From NCBI RefSeq assembly GCF_009914755.1, contig NC_060929.1: 64,000 nucleotides of DNA; one strand, 5' to 3'. Both the position numbers and the translations under genes were made by a program. The notes below the pieces were generated by a model that was given only the letters and a program-made list of their open reading frames with translations, was not told the origin of the DNA and searched no databases. Shown piece by piece: positions 26,400 to 41,833 of the stretch. The stretch comes from the human T2T-CHM13v2.0 reference genome, Homo sapiens. Position 1 is the stretch's first letter. Each line of letters opens with the position of its first letter.

Positions 26400-26540
26400 G
26401 AACGAGGAGGAAGATATAGCTAATAGGAGTCTTAGAATGAGGAGGAAGATATATCTAACAGGAGTCTTGGAATGAGGAGGAAGATATATCTAATAGGAGT
26501 CTTGGAATGAGGAGGAAGATATATCTAATAGGAGTCTTGG
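26400..26540. repeat. 35-bp tandem repeat, 4 copies
   Basis: Unit gaatgaggaggaagatatatctaataggagtcttg. Confidence 0.93.
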
Positions 26541-27194
26541 AGAAGAGGCAGAATGCAGCTTACATCCAGAAAACAAAAATGCAAATCCATTCCAAATCGG
26601 CCAGGATGTGTAGGCCTGACCTGAACACTCTTGAAGCAGAGGCTAGAAACTTGTTTTATTGTTCACATGTTTGTTATCTGAATCCCCCACCTCACCAGAA
26701 TTTAAGGCAGGGATGTTCTTGTTTATTATTGTATCTCAGCAATAGTACAAAGCACGATGGAGCTGGCTCCTAGAATACAGCGTATTAATATTATTTTTAG
26801 ATTATCTTATTAGTTGATATTAATTACTTAAGTAAGTGAAGAAATGGTCAACTGAGGCAGACACATGGAAGCTATACTCAATTCTTCCCTCTCCCTCACC
26901 AGACAGACTATCACCAAGTCCCATCAACCCTAACATATTGAGCTACACTTCTAACCACCTCAGACTCCATGCTGCGTTACTGTCTTAGTTCAATTCATCA
27001 TCTGTTGCTGAGGTGAGGGGCAGCCACATGTTTTTGATCAAGCACCCCCAGCAGCACACACCCTCCAAATATATTGTGCAACTACAAATTACATGCATAT
27101 ACATTTATAATGTACATATATTACTTGTAAACATATTATGGACTTCACAAATCACACACACAAAATTTAAAATGTAGAGATAAAATAAATATAA

Positions 27195-27670
27195 GCATTC
27201 TTTGCAACAGCCAATAAATGAAAACAACCTAGAGGTCTATCAGTAAGAGGTTAAATTGTATGATTCAATGAAATCCTATGCTGCCATTAAAAAGGATGAC
27301 ATTGTTAGGAAAGTCTTTCCCTAATATAGTTAGTAAAAGAGAGAGAGAAAGAATAGAAATCAAAATATATAATATCTCATTCATGTGAAATATACATTTA
27401 TGTATTTATATATTTATCTACATACTATGTATATTTATATATAATCAATGTATTTACATATAATTGTATATATTTATATATAATCAATATATGTATTTAT
27501 ATATAATCAATATGTAAATATAGTGATTATATATAAATGTAATATATGTAAATATATTGACTATATATTTATATATTATATAAGTATATTATGGATTTAT
27601 ATACTGATTTATATATTTATATATACACTTATATATTGATGAACATATCTGGAAAGATATGTACAAAGAA
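27195..27670 (+). mobile_element. Old L1M 3' fragment with AT-rich low-complexity expansion (about 27390-27640)
   Basis: aaacaacctagaggtctatcagtaagagg...tatgctgccattaaaaagga, followed by degenerate (TA)-rich repeats. Confidence 0.6.
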
Positions 27671-29638
27671 GGAAAGGCAAACTAGAAGGACAAGGCGAGG
27701 AGGAGGAGGGGGAGAGGATGGGTGAAGGGAAGGGAGGAGAGGAGAAAAAGAGAAAGAAAAAGTGTTCAAGGACCTACACTATGGTTTTCTTCTGTGGCTT
27801 AGGGAAATAATGAGTATTTTCCATCTTATCCTTTTGCCTGTTTTTTTCTTTTTTATTTTCAGCAACAAATTACTCTTATGGTAAGAAAAAAATAGTTTTT
27901 AAAATATAAAAAGAAAAAAGATTACTTTTAAATGAAAAGGGGGTTGTAAGGAGACTTTCCAGGGTTCCCTGTCCCTACAGGAAAGAAATACCCACTCACT
28001 TGGGACACAGGCCTTCAGGAGCACCTCTCCAGTCAGCCTCTACAGCTTCAGGATTTTTGCTCAAGTCAGAGCACAGAGTCCCTGCCTTTGAGAAGCTGAC
28101 TGTTTCGTAAAAGACATGTGTTGGCTGAAAGAATACAAGAAAGAAAATTGAAGCAAACCCTCCACCCACTGACTCAAGAGTCTAAGAATTTCCCATCTTC
28201 ACCCTTCCATAGCCCACAAAGACTTCCAATGTCACCAATACAGAATTTGTTGCCCGTGAAAATTCAGAGAATGTATTATGCACTTTGCCAAAGAGAAATA
28301 AGGGTATGGAACTAGTATCAAACCCAGGATATTTCTGGAACAAAGTGGAAGAGGATATTTTTCTCCTTAGATCAAACTGACCAAAAAGAAAACACCCAAA
28401 CAAACAAAAATCAAAGGATCAAATGAGCATCTATACACGTGTTGTAAATGATGCCATCGATAATGACAATCTGACGAATGATGACTATGTGCACCCCGCT
28501 GCTGAGGAAGAGATGGTACCCCCTCTCTCTCGCTGCGTGGTGGGTGGAATCACACTGAGACTTGTCCTAGATCAGCGGCTTTCAAAGCAATACAAACTTT
28601 TTTCTCCAAAATACTATGTTATAGCAAATCTTAATAAGTAAAAGATACAACAACCAAACCAACAAGAGTTCCCCAGGTTTAAATGGGGGCAGGTCACTGA
28701 CACATGGTATCAATCCCTGCAAAGATTGCCCCTGACTCAGGTCCTTGGAAACCCAGAGTTGCTCAGGATACAGTTGTAAGCAGTGTCCTGCCTCATCTGG
28801 ACAGCCAGCAGGAGAAAGCAGAACCTTTTTCTCAGCCTCTTCTCATAATAATTAGATCAGACTTAACCCAGTTACCCTTTTATCTTTCTCTTTTTGAGCT
28901 TAGTACATGGAGTGTTTTCCTCAAAGCTCCTTTCAGCCCAAAATAACCAGGACACTCAAACCAACACCCTGAGCCTCTGAAGCTTCCCTGCCCCTGAGCT
29001 CTCCTGTGGACCGCCTCCATTCTTGTTGTGGAAGTATCACTGTAGTCACCATATTTCCCAGTCTAACGCAGACACTGCCCAGTTGCACCTCTTGTGCTGG
29101 TATAACTATTAACAGGCCCCCTCTCCGTGCCTGGATAGGCCACAAATTGTAAGGTCACGCAACATATCACTATTTTCTTATCCTGAATAGTCAGAACTTC
29201 CATTTTGTTCATTTGTTTGTTATGGTCTCAGCTGGGACCAACAGCTGGAACCACGTCTTTGTCATGGACCATCACTTTGGCCAGCGAGAGCTTCTCACCC
29301 CTTTCCTGTCCAGTCCGTGCCACCCCTACCGCCTGACCCTGTTATGGGTTGGACTGTGCCTCCCAAAAGGGTATGTTGAGGCCAAGCTACCTGGAAAGCA
29401 TGGCCTGGACAGAGCGGACTGCAGCCATCCAAGGGCTGCTGGGGGACAGGCCAGCCCGGTGGGAGAGAAGGCCAGGAGAGCAGGACATGGACTTGCAAAA
29501 GTCATGATGGGGAGGGGGTGAGGAAAGACAGAAACACGGGCGAAGAGTCAGAGCCTGCAAGGGTGGTGTCCTGCCCCAGCCCTATTTTGTCATGCTCATC
29601 TCTATGGTGATAGGCTTAATGTCCTTTCTAATCAATAG

Positions 29639-29968
<330 letters not shown>

Positions 29969-30004
29969 ATAGTTTTTTTAAGAAAAGTTCATTGACTGCT
30001 GCTA

Positions 30005-30050
30005 TTAGGATGGTGCAAATGTAATTGTGGTTTTTGCAGTTAAAATTAAT
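30005..30050. mobile_element. MADE1 (mariner TIR) fragment
   Basis: ttaggatggtgcaaatgtaattgtggtttttgca resembles the Hsmar1/MADE1 terminal repeat. Confidence 0.65.
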
Positions 30051-32024
30051 TAAATTAATTTAAAATAATTTTTAAGTTGCGCTATTTAGTGGTTGATGAC
30101 CATTTGAAAACATGATGCAAAGTGTAAAGTCTGTGAGAAACAATTTGCCCCTCACTGGTGGCTTCACTCCAGGAAGGGTGAGGTAATGGCAGGTGGGAAA
30201 GAGGAGCAGGAGGTGGCAGGGAATTCAGAGGACAGGAGTAGCCTCTGGAAACACGGAGAGGGACAGGGGGCAGTTTGGTGACAGCTTAGGAAGGCCAGAG
30301 AAATAACTGCAGGAAACAGGGCAGGGCTCAGACCTCACGCCTCACCCAGGGCCACTGACTTGTTCTGCGTTGAGTCCTGTGTTTACTGAGTCTCCTTTCA
30401 TTGCACTCAACATGGTCTTTATAAATTCTGGTTTGTGACTCCCTCTCAGAAGTCCTGTGGGTCACCTGGAACTGGTTTTATTCCTGCTTATTTCCTCATT
30501 CCTCTTCTCATTAAAACATAATCGCTATGCCTCTGATATGAAGCCACTTTCTTTTGCTATCTCTCTTCCTTCCCATTCTTCTCCCCTCCCATCCTACCTC
30601 CCAAATCCCTCAGAACTTCTCTAAAACCCTATGCCCCACAGTTTAAACACTTGTAAAAACCAAATTCCCTAGGGGGTTAGTATTGCCGCTGGTTCAAGCT
30701 GCCCTCCACAGAACTCCCCTGTTCCTGAAGGATGTTCCTGCATGCTTTCCTATTTAAAGCTCTCTTCTAAGGTGATACGGCTTGTGCATTTCAGGGGCAA
30801 AGTTCCTTGACAGAGAATCTTTGGTTCTGAGAAATTTAGAACAAATCATCATAGCAGCAAAAGAGCTCTGGCTCAAGTCTCACTGCTCTTAGCAAACGTA
30901 AGGAAGTGGAAATTTTCAAAGTCCACACACCATAGAGACAGAGGTCTTTGTGGATAGTAGAGACAGGAGTGAATCAACAAGGTTGGCCCTCAGCTCAAAA
31001 CAAACCTTATCTCCTGAGTTGAAAAGCACAATGCAACACAGGAGCAATTACATATAACCTTCTGTTTAACTATGGGTTCTGTTACACGTCGATCTTCCTT
31101 ATTGCACTCTGCTGATGTCAGGTTTAAAGGATTTCAGTCCTTAAATAGCAACTGATAAGATGTTTCTTGGTTATCCATTTACCCAGTAGTTTTTGGAGAA
31201 GCCAAATTGAAAGGGAGACTTTGCAGCTTGCAGCTCTGGAAGTAAATCATTATTTCCATATTCGCTTTGGGGTGTGGGACAGGGGACCAGAGCACCTCCA
31301 CTGGGCACTCTTTGCCACGTACCATCTGACGGCCTTGCGGTCTTGGCTGCATGAGCTTCACCTGCTGACCCAGCCTTGAAGGGGGATGAGAGATTGCCTC
31401 AGACACTGAAAGGACTTCTCCTCCAAGCAATGGGGCTTGGGAAATGTGTTTCTGGACCACCACCCTGTGGTATCTAGGCATTTTCCAAGAGGAACCAGCT
31501 CCTGGAGAAGCATTTGCTACAAGAAAAGCTGAGCAACACCCTGATCTTGATATGTGGAAAAAAAAAAAAGGCCTTGATTTATGAGATCTCAGAACTGCTT
31601 CTTAGGAAGGGCGGATTCCTCCAGTAATCTAATGGGCTTTCATTTCCTCATTGCCTCAGTCGCTGTCTGGAGATAAACTATGTGTTTGAGAGGCACAGTT
31701 TATCACATGTCCTCTCAGAAACATGGGGTTATCTCCTTCAGGCCACCTCAGGATTCCAAATGATGTAGCAACTTGAAGGTGTCCAGTAAGTGGCTTCACT
31801 TCTATCGGGGTATGAGCAAAACACCTTCAATGACTAGAAAAAGTCATGAGCTTTAAAAATAGAGTAAAACAAACCCAAAACTTGAATCTTAAAGACTCTG
31901 AGAAGAGAAACTGGATCCAGTAAGACTTTCATGGTGTTAATCCCCAATCTCCTGTCTCCACGATAATTCCTCATGAGGGGTTTCCTCCAGCATCCAGCCC
32001 CCTCTTCTATGGACATACACAAAC

Positions 32025-33245
<1,221 letters not shown>

Positions 33246-34182
33246 CTTGTTCTTGCCTCCCCTTTCTGTTGATTCCTCCTCCAACCCCAGGCGATTTGAA
33301 GGAGCCACCTCTCTGCCTCAGCGCCCCTCTCTGCCCTCTCAGCAGGGCTCCCCTCAACTGGTCCAACCCTGCCCCGCCTTCCATCTGAGCTCAGCCTTAA
33401 CCACAGAGCAATCAGTTCCCTCAAAGATGATGGCACTTCCTTCCCACCCAGCATCAGCCCCAGCCAACAGGCAACACCAGCAATGAACCCAGAGTCTGAG
33501 CTGAGCCGACCAGTCAGGCAACATCTGTGCCCCAGAGTGCATCTCCACCAACACGCGTGAGACAAGGCGACACATGTGCTCCTGGATGCTGTGACTGTCT
33601 CCACTGCAGTGAGCCGTGTGAACCATTTCCAATGTACTCCCATGAAAGCCATGAACAACAGCCTACCATTTCCCCCTTCACTTTGGTAAAATCTCCGAAA
33701 CTTAAACCACATCCAGATTTCCTTTCCATGTGTGCCACTAGTCCTTACCTTTCATGTTTCTTTCCTATTTCAAGTACTAGAGGAAGTCCAAGGTTTAAAA
33801 TAGAAAGGGGACTTGGCTTCTTTACATCCATCTACTTTCAGCATCAAACCATGGCAACGTCATACACACAATTCATCATAAATTTTCATGGTGGATTCAC
33901 GCTGCCAGACGCTGCTTTCGGCCTGCTTATTTATAACCAAGGAGAATTTGTTTCTATCAAATGTGGTTTTATATTATTTTTAACAGGACAATGAAATCAC
34001 AAGTTGTGTTGAACACTGTAGAGGGCAGTGGCTGTTTGACACTCCTGCTACTCCAGCTTCTGTGTCCTTCCCAAGCAGTTAAAATCTAAACATCATCCCA
34101 ATCCTAAAAGTTAAGTGAAGAGGAAGGGACGTGCTGTGTCAGAAGCCGTATGAGAGGCCAGGAAACAACATGTGCTTGCACA

Positions 34183-34699
34183 CCCCTGCAGGTGGATGTG
34201 CGCGGGGGACACCGTGCTGACCTGCGTCCTCCGGCTCCTGCAGGTGGATGTGCGCGGGGGACACTGTGCTGACCTGCGTCCTCCAGCCCCTGCAGGTGGA
34301 TGTGCATAGGGGACACTGTGATGACCTGTGTCCTCCGGTTCCTGCAGGTGGATGTGCGTGGGGGACACTGTGATGACCTGTGTCCTCCGGCTCCTGCAGG
34401 TGGATGTGCGCGGGGGACACTGTGCTGACCTGCATCCTCCAGCCCCTGCAGGTGGATGTGCGTGGGGGACACTGTGATGACCTGTGTCCTCCGGCTCCTG
34501 CAGGTGGATGTGCATAGGGGACACTGTGCTGACATGTGTCCTCTGGCCCCTGCAGGTGGATTTGCGAGGGGGACACTGTGCTGACCTGCATCCTCTGGCC
34601 CCAACAGGTGGATGTGCGCGGGGGGACACTGTGCTGATTTGCGTCCTCCAGCCCCAACAGGTGGATGTGCGCGGGTAACACTGTGCTGATCTGCGTCCT
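34183..34699. repeat. 52-bp minisatellite (VNTR), about 10 copies
   Basis: CAGGTGGA recurs at 34189, 34241, 34293 ... 34605, 34658; consensus cctgcaggtggatgtgcgcgggggacactgtgctgacctgcgtcctccagcc. Confidence 0.96.
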
Positions 34700-35047
34700 T
34701 CGAGATGCTCAAGCCCCTTTCTCCCTTCCCCCCCGCCACGAAAGTGCAGCTGACCTCATGTGAGGAGATGGACAGGGAGGCCCTACCAACAATGGGAAAC
34801 AACTGTTCCTAGGTTCTTCACAGTGAATGAAGTTACACACCCCAAAGGCACCAGCAAGGCTCCTCTTGAGCAAGTCAGCTGGGAAACAGGCTTAATCGGA
34901 TGAGATGGCGTCTTCCTCTGCCCAGGATGGAAGTCCTGGGCCCACATTACAGATCCCCAGACAAACATAGCAGCAATTTAAGCAAAACTAGGGGATCAAT
35001 TTAAGCAAAACTGGGGGATAGAGACTCGGCAGCACTGAATTCCTAGG

Positions 35048-35477
35048 TCTATTAGTCAGGGTTCTTTGGGAAAAGATAACCAATAGGCTGTGTATATATA
35101 TACACAGAGAGGGAGAGAGAGATTGATTTTAAGGAAATGGCTCATGTGACTATGAGGGCCTGAAGTCTGCACGGTAGGCCAACGGGCTGAAAATTCCATC
35201 TTGTGGATGTAAAGAAGCAGAAGTTGTCATTTTGAGTCTGAGGGAAGTCTGCAGACAGAATTCCTTCCTCTTCAAGGGACCTGGGTCCTTGCTCTTAAGG
35301 CCTTCAATTAATTGGATGAGGCTCATTCACACTGCGGAAGATAATCTGCCCTACTCAAAGTGCTCTGACTTAACCACATTGATCACATCTGAAAAATACC
35401 TTTGCATCTACACTGGTGTGTGACCAAATAACGAGGCACCATTGCCTGGGCAAGTTGACATGAATTTAACCACCACA
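35048..35477 (-). mobile_element. MLT2-family (ERVL) solo LTR
   Basis: tattagtcagggttct...accaatagg...aaggccttcaattaattggatgagg...aagttgacatgaatttaaccaccaca; flanks ctagg/ctaga. Confidence 0.82.
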
Positions 35478-35969
35478 CTAGAGAGCTCTCCCGATGCCCA
35501 TGGAGGGCCATTGCTGTGGGTATCAAATGGCTCAGGGAGATTCTGTAGAGAAATATTTTGTTTCCAAGAAAAATCAATCAGTCTTGATCCACAGGCATGC
35601 CACTGAGCAGATAAGAAAATCTCGAGTCTCATTTGTTCATTCATCACATGCTTACTGGGAGCGTATTCTGTGCAATCATGTAGCTAACATGTAGCTAACA
35701 AGTCACAGGACCAGTGTCAACTGCCTTAGTTACAAGCCAGGGCTAAAGCAGGAATGAGGCTTTGAGACCCTATTCCCAGAGGCTCCCCCCAAGCATTACA
35801 TGGGAAAAGGTGGACTCAAAAAGAGATGTTTCAGGAATAACTATAAAGACCCTTAGTCAGGAGTGAAACTGGCATATTCCAGAAGTAGGGTCTGGAACTT
35901 AATAAGGTAGTAGCATAATTAAGAAGACAGTGACAGAAGGAGATGAGTCAGGCCCAAGGTTTTAATTTT

Positions 35970-36630
35970 GTTTAACAAATACATGTCAGTTACTGTGAGT
36001 CCGACACTGTTCTAACATTTCTACATATCTTAATCCATTATAATCATCAATATCAGAATATTAGAAATATTCAATATTTCTAATTCTATTTCTAATTGAA
36101 TATTAGAAAGGGACTGTTATCACCCCCGTGGTGGTTCTGTGATGCACACCGCCAGGTCCCCCTTACGGAATGAAGGGCTTACTCCTCCAGCTGCAGGAGT
36201 GCTGCAGAGGATGCCACACAGCTGTTAGTCCTTTTTGGGTACCATCTTTGCTACAGACAACTAACACTCACAGTGTCTCACTTCCTCCTAGGGTGAGCCA
36301 ATGACTGATCAGCACAGGGGTGCGAAAGACTGGCCTCCTCGTGGCAATTTGGGACAACTCTGCAAGGTGTGGGCTGAGGCCTTTGTTGCGCCTGCATCAC
36401 AGCTCAGCTTCTCCCTCATCCAGTGCTGCTTCCTTTACCTTCCCCCGCCAGGTGATGATTCCAAGAGCATCCCCTGTTAAATTTGTCGACCTCAGAATTT
36501 GCTTCCTGGAAAACCTTAGAGATGGGGTCAAAGCACCTAAGTCACTTGGCCAAAATCACAGAGCTTGTAAATTGGGGAACTGGGATTTGAACCTAGGCCA
36601 TCTGGCTCCAGGGTGGAGCTCTAAACCACC
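35970..36630. mobile_element. MIR (-) interrupted by an LTR16-like ERVL LTR (about 36130-36516)
   Basis: MIR halves at 35970-36128 and 36517-36630; insert has ccaatgactga...gggacaactctg...ctcagaatttgcttcctggaaaacc. Confidence 0.55.
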
Positions 36631-37114
36631 AAGTCAGCCTGCTCCTCCGGGCAGGGCTTTACAGTGCTGTGTGCAATTGAAATTTCACCTTATACATCTG
36701 AACACAAGGCAAAGTTTTCCTTCACTTTACCTAAAGTTATCTCTCAGAAACAGGATGTAGCCATGTGTTTGTGATCTTACAAAATACCAGGGCTATACAT
36801 TCTATCTATTTTGAATTTAGAAGTTCTGGGGAAGGAAGAATGGCTGAAATGGCATTAATGCTAGTTTGGAGCATTTTAGATGTCATAGAAGTTGCCTGAT
36901 AGAATTGATAAAAATCATAATAATAACAAGAATAATCAAAAAGAGAAGAAGAAGAAAGTTTATTACACATCTCATAATTCTTTCTGGGGGTGTGACCTCA
37001 CAGTTGAAAAGGCTAAGTGTCATTGTAAATAGCCTTGCAAAAGTTTCTTCAAAAAGTTTTAATAATATAGTAAGTGGTTGTGTGATGAAGACTGATCAAA
37101 ATAGCTGTCCATAG

Positions 37115-37448
<334 letters not shown>

Positions 37449-38111
37449 AGGGACTCTTATTTTTAAACACGCTTTATCACAGCTTAGTAGTGAAGACAAC
37501 GTGTTCCGGAAAATGTGTTAGATTCAAAAAGTGGCCTTAGTGTCAATAAACCTGGCATAAAGAGAAAGTAGGAAAAGCAGCATTTTGAAATTAACATATT
37601 ATGTAAATAAGATGTGATTTTTACATATATTAACATAACTAAATTAACAGTGATTTTACAGAGATTACAATTCACATGAGTAAAAAAAATATGACTCTTT
37701 AAATTTATATTCCTGGAAGCCTATATTGACAAGCTTTACCTGGACCTTGGCAATGAAAAGGGGACGGTCACCCCAGGTTCAAGGTCACCTTGTGATGGAT
37801 ATATATTCCACCTGCCTGGGACAGGAGTCAGCTCTGGATGACATGGAGGCCAGTCTCTTCAGGAGCAAAAGAAAGATTAGGGGGCCAAGGAGGAGTGAGA
37901 CCTGTCCCAGGTGATAGCAGGGGGTTCTGAGACACATCTGGAGACAAAGCCAAGAGGGTTTCCCAGCAGGTGGGATATGTGCAAGAAGGGACAAGGTAAA
38001 GTTATATGTAACTTTGATCCACTCACGTGAACACTATGCCTCCTTCAAAGCACCTGTCTGAAGAACATCTGATGGCATGAACTGCTTGACATATTAAAAC
38101 GGGGATGGAGA

Positions 38112-38262
38112 AACGTTTCTATAAAGGGCTAGACAGGAACTATGTTCAGCTTTGTGGGCCATACAGTGCCTGTCACAATACTCAATCCTACCATTGTGGC
38201 ATCAAAGCAGCCATAGGCAGTAAGCAGACAGATGAGCGTGGGCCATAATTTGCCAACTGCTG
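38112..38262. mobile_element. MER58A fragment
   Basis: tttctataaagggctagacagg...ctttgtgggccatac...aaagcagccatag. Confidence 0.6.
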
Positions 38263-39654
38263 TATTTACATACCCTCACCCACACGTACACGCACCATAC
38301 AAGTTATAAAAGAATATGTTACATATTTTGAAATTGAGTAAAACAAACAAACAAAATCTGGAAGAAACTATATACCCCAAGAGTAACAATGATTATCTCT
38401 ATGATTCTCACTTTAGGTATTTTCAAAAATTCCCCCACCTATGTGTTCCCTTTTATAATCAAATAAAACCTACAAATAAAAAATAAAGTATGGGGTTCTA
38501 CCTTCCAAAATCTACAAATGCAAATAAAGTCTGGGATTCTGTGTCTTGGCGCCTATCATAGATCACACATTTTTACTTAAGACTATTTAATATAAAATAC
38601 TTATTATAAAAGGTCATCAGTAAATCATTTCTAAATCAGTAGTTGACCAAAAAATAAGTTATAGTTTATTTCCTAGACCTGGCGAGTGTCTGTGTGAGGA
38701 ATGGGGAACGTTGTTTTTTACCGCATTGGCTAAGTTTCTGGAAAAGATTGCATCTTGAATTAGCAGCTTGACTGTTTGCTGTCCAGGTAAATATTGTGTT
38801 GCTAGGACTGAAATTGCCCTGCCACATGGGTCGCCCTGTCATATAATTAGCTTCTTATCATATCAGGTGCAAATCAAACCAGCAGCACTTGCTGTTAATG
38901 TGGTAATTTAACAAATCAGAAACACTGTTTTCATATGTCAACATCTGATTTTATATGATCACTGTCCCACCGAAGACACACCGGGGTGACTTTGCGTCAC
39001 TGTTCAACAGCAAGCTTAGCCTTACTTGAGTTCTTAGCTATATCCGCTGGTTTGGTTAATTTTTTTACATCCTTAATTGCACCAGTGCGTGTTTTTCAGT
39101 CCAACCCAGAGTGGAATGGGGGTAGAAAGTGAAATTTCACCCTAGGTGCCCTTTTGGTACATAAGTACCACGCTCAGGCTTTCCCATTTGGGTTCATCCT
39201 GCACAGTGGTCATCAGACTAGTTTTCTTCTCTGTTTCAATGAGCAGCAATTCAAGTCCAAGCAGAGCCTGATGTAGCTTGACCTGCTTCCAAAGAGCAGC
39301 ACCCTTTACTCTCCACATCACTGAAGAATGGTTCTCCCAACCCCGGGAGGCCAGACCACATCACAGCTCCATTTCCCCGCTCTTCACTCTTATGCCTGCT
39401 CCTCCCTTCCCAGATGCTTATCCCAATAAACGCCTTGCATGCTCATCTCCATCTCATAGTCCACTTTCGGGGAACCTAACCTGGCTATAGGCCTCTTGTC
39501 TGTTTCCAAGTTGTATTCACTTCTCCATGTGATTGTAACTCTTTGCCTGAAGAGCCAACCACTAAAGGGCAATGTTTCTGGTGTCAAGTCCTCTCACTAT
39601 GCTGGGCACATACTTGTGCTCCCAGGGGCATTTCTGCCAAGCGACCCCTGGTGC

Positions 39655-39890
39655 CAGCCTGCCTGGGTGCTCATGCTGGCTCTACCACCTACTGGCTGTT
39701 CAATCTCAGGCAAGTTACTTAACCTCTCTGTGCTTGTTTCCTGATCAGTAAAAGTGAGATAATAATTATATATTATATAGTGGTTGTGGAGATTTAATAT
39801 ATCTGTAAATGTGTATAAAGTGGCTTAAATAGATGATCTGATGAGAAAGTAATCATATGCAAAACACTGAGACCAGTGCTTGGCATGCTG
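39655..39890 (+). mobile_element. MIR
   Basis: ggcaagttacttaacctctctgtgcttgtttcctgatcagtaaaagtgagataataat. Confidence 0.7.
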
Positions 39891-39930
39891 ACCATCTTAC
39901 TCAAGTGTCTGCTTTTTAAAAACACCTGAG

Positions 39931-40213
39931 GGCCGGGCACAGTGACTCACGCCTGTAATCCCAGCACTTTGGGAGGCCGAGATGAGTGGATCACCTGAGA
40001 TCAGGAGTTCGAGACCAGCCTCGCCAACGTGGCAAAACCCTGTCTAGACTAAAAATACAAAAATTAGCTGGGTGTGGAGGCGTGCACTTGTAATCCCAGC
40101 TACTCGGGAGGCTGAGGTAGAAGAATTGCCTGAACCCAGGAGGCGGAGGTTGCAGTGGCCCACTGCACTCCAGCCTGGGAGACAAAGCAAGACTCCGTCT
40201 CAAAAAAAAAAAA
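39931..40213 (+). mobile_element. AluSx-like
   Basis: Dimer with small deletion in the right arm; poly-A. Confidence 0.9.
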
Positions 40214-40449
40214 ACTCCAAAATAAGATTTAATCACACATTTTCCTTGTTGCTTTCTGCAGTTATAATGATCTTTCCTTTCTCTGACTCATCAGAATTTC
40301 AACATAAGGAAGAAATGGATGAATGAAAAAGGGGAGAATAAGGAAGGAGGAAGGGAGGTAGACAGGAAACATTTCTTAGATCTCCTATTCATTCATTTTA
40401 ATCCCTCACTACTTCTGGCCAGTTCATCCCTTGATGAAAGATAACAGCA

Positions 40450-41070
40450 GTAGCTAAGGTGTGCTTACTATTTACCCAGTCATTTGTGTTACTGTTTTAT
40501 ATAATCTTTATAATGTCTTAAAGAAAGTATTCTTATCCTATAGCACAGATAAAAGGACTGAGGTTGGGAGAGGCAAAGTAGAAACCTTGCCCAAGGTTAC
40601 AGAGCTCATAAATGGCTGAGCCAGGGCTATGTTTTTCTTCTCTCGAATCATCCATGGCTCACAGCACAGTTCTAGACTCATCATAGATGCTTATTAATGA
40701 CATAGTTTGGTGAAATGACCGATGCATTTAACAACTGTTTACTGTTGCCAATTGCAGGCCAGGCGTCAGGAGGGTAAAGATTAGAAATGGTCCCTGTAGT
40801 CACCAAGCTTAAGTCTGGCGGAGAACACAGATAAATCAACAAGCAATGACAGAGCAATGTGATGCAGGCTATTATGAGGGGGAAAGTACAGAGTGAGACA
40901 GAAATCCACAGAATGAGCACAGGAGACAGCCTTGGAGGTCTGGGGGGTGGCAGAAAAGGCCTCCCAGGGAAGGGGTGCCTCTGTTAAGTTAAAGGATACC
41001 TTGGGCTTGGAAGGGAGGAAAATTCCAGGCAGAAGCAAGACACGCGTGGCACATCTGAGGACCTGAGAAG
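40450..41070 (-). mobile_element. MIR and L2 fragments
   Basis: ccttgcccaaggttacagagct (MIR); aagcttaagtctggcggaga...aaattccaggcagaagcaa (L2). Confidence 0.5.
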
Positions 41071-41584
41071 GGGGTGGCTAGACAGAGCAGAGTGGAGCAG
41101 GAGGCTTTGCTCACCAAGCATCAAACAGGAGATTCCTTTAACAAATTAGCCTGTGACCATCACTGAGTTTGGCTGCTCTTTCTCAACACAAGCAGTGAGC
41201 AAACTAATTTTGCTCCGTGTATCCTGACTCTAATTGCAAGGTTCCTTTACACCAGTATGAGTTGGGAGAGCATCCCTGAGCATGGCCTTACCCATACAGG
41301 GCTGTGTCCACCCTGTTAAGGTGCAGACATTGCTGGAATAGAGAAAATGGAAATGGACCCATTATCTCCTTGGCCTTGGAAACCTTCCTTAACTGACAGA
41401 CACAGGAAGGTACACTTTGAGATTAAACAATAGTTCCTGATATCCAGTGGAGACCCAATGACATCACATCTTAGTAGCCTCTTTGCCACTCAAGTATTTT
41501 AAGGATAAGGGTATGATATGCAGTTTTCTAGAACATCAGAAGTCTCATTGTAACTCAGCTGCTAGCGTTCAAAAAGTTTTCCTG

Positions 41585-41833
41585 GGCTGGGCGTGGTGGC
41601 TCATGCCTGTAATCCCAGCACTTTGGGAGGCTGAAGTGGGCAGATCACGAGGTCAGGAGTTCGAGACCAGCCTGACCAACATGGTGAAACCCTGTCTCTA
41701 CTAAAAATGCAAACATTTGCTGGGCATGGTGGCACGCACCTGTAATCCCAGCTACTCGGGAAGCTGAGGCAGGAGAATCGCTTGAACCCTGGGAGGCGGA
41801 GGTTGTAGTGAGCCGAGATTGCACCACTGCACT
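41585..41833 (+). mobile_element. AluS, 3'-truncated (no terminal 30 nt or poly-A)
   Basis: Alu sequence stops at gcaccactgcact. Confidence 0.9.

Noticed and set aside
34104-34802. 232/172/180-aa minus-strand ORFs
   Set aside because: Translation of the 52-bp VNTR; the same peptide cycles through all frames
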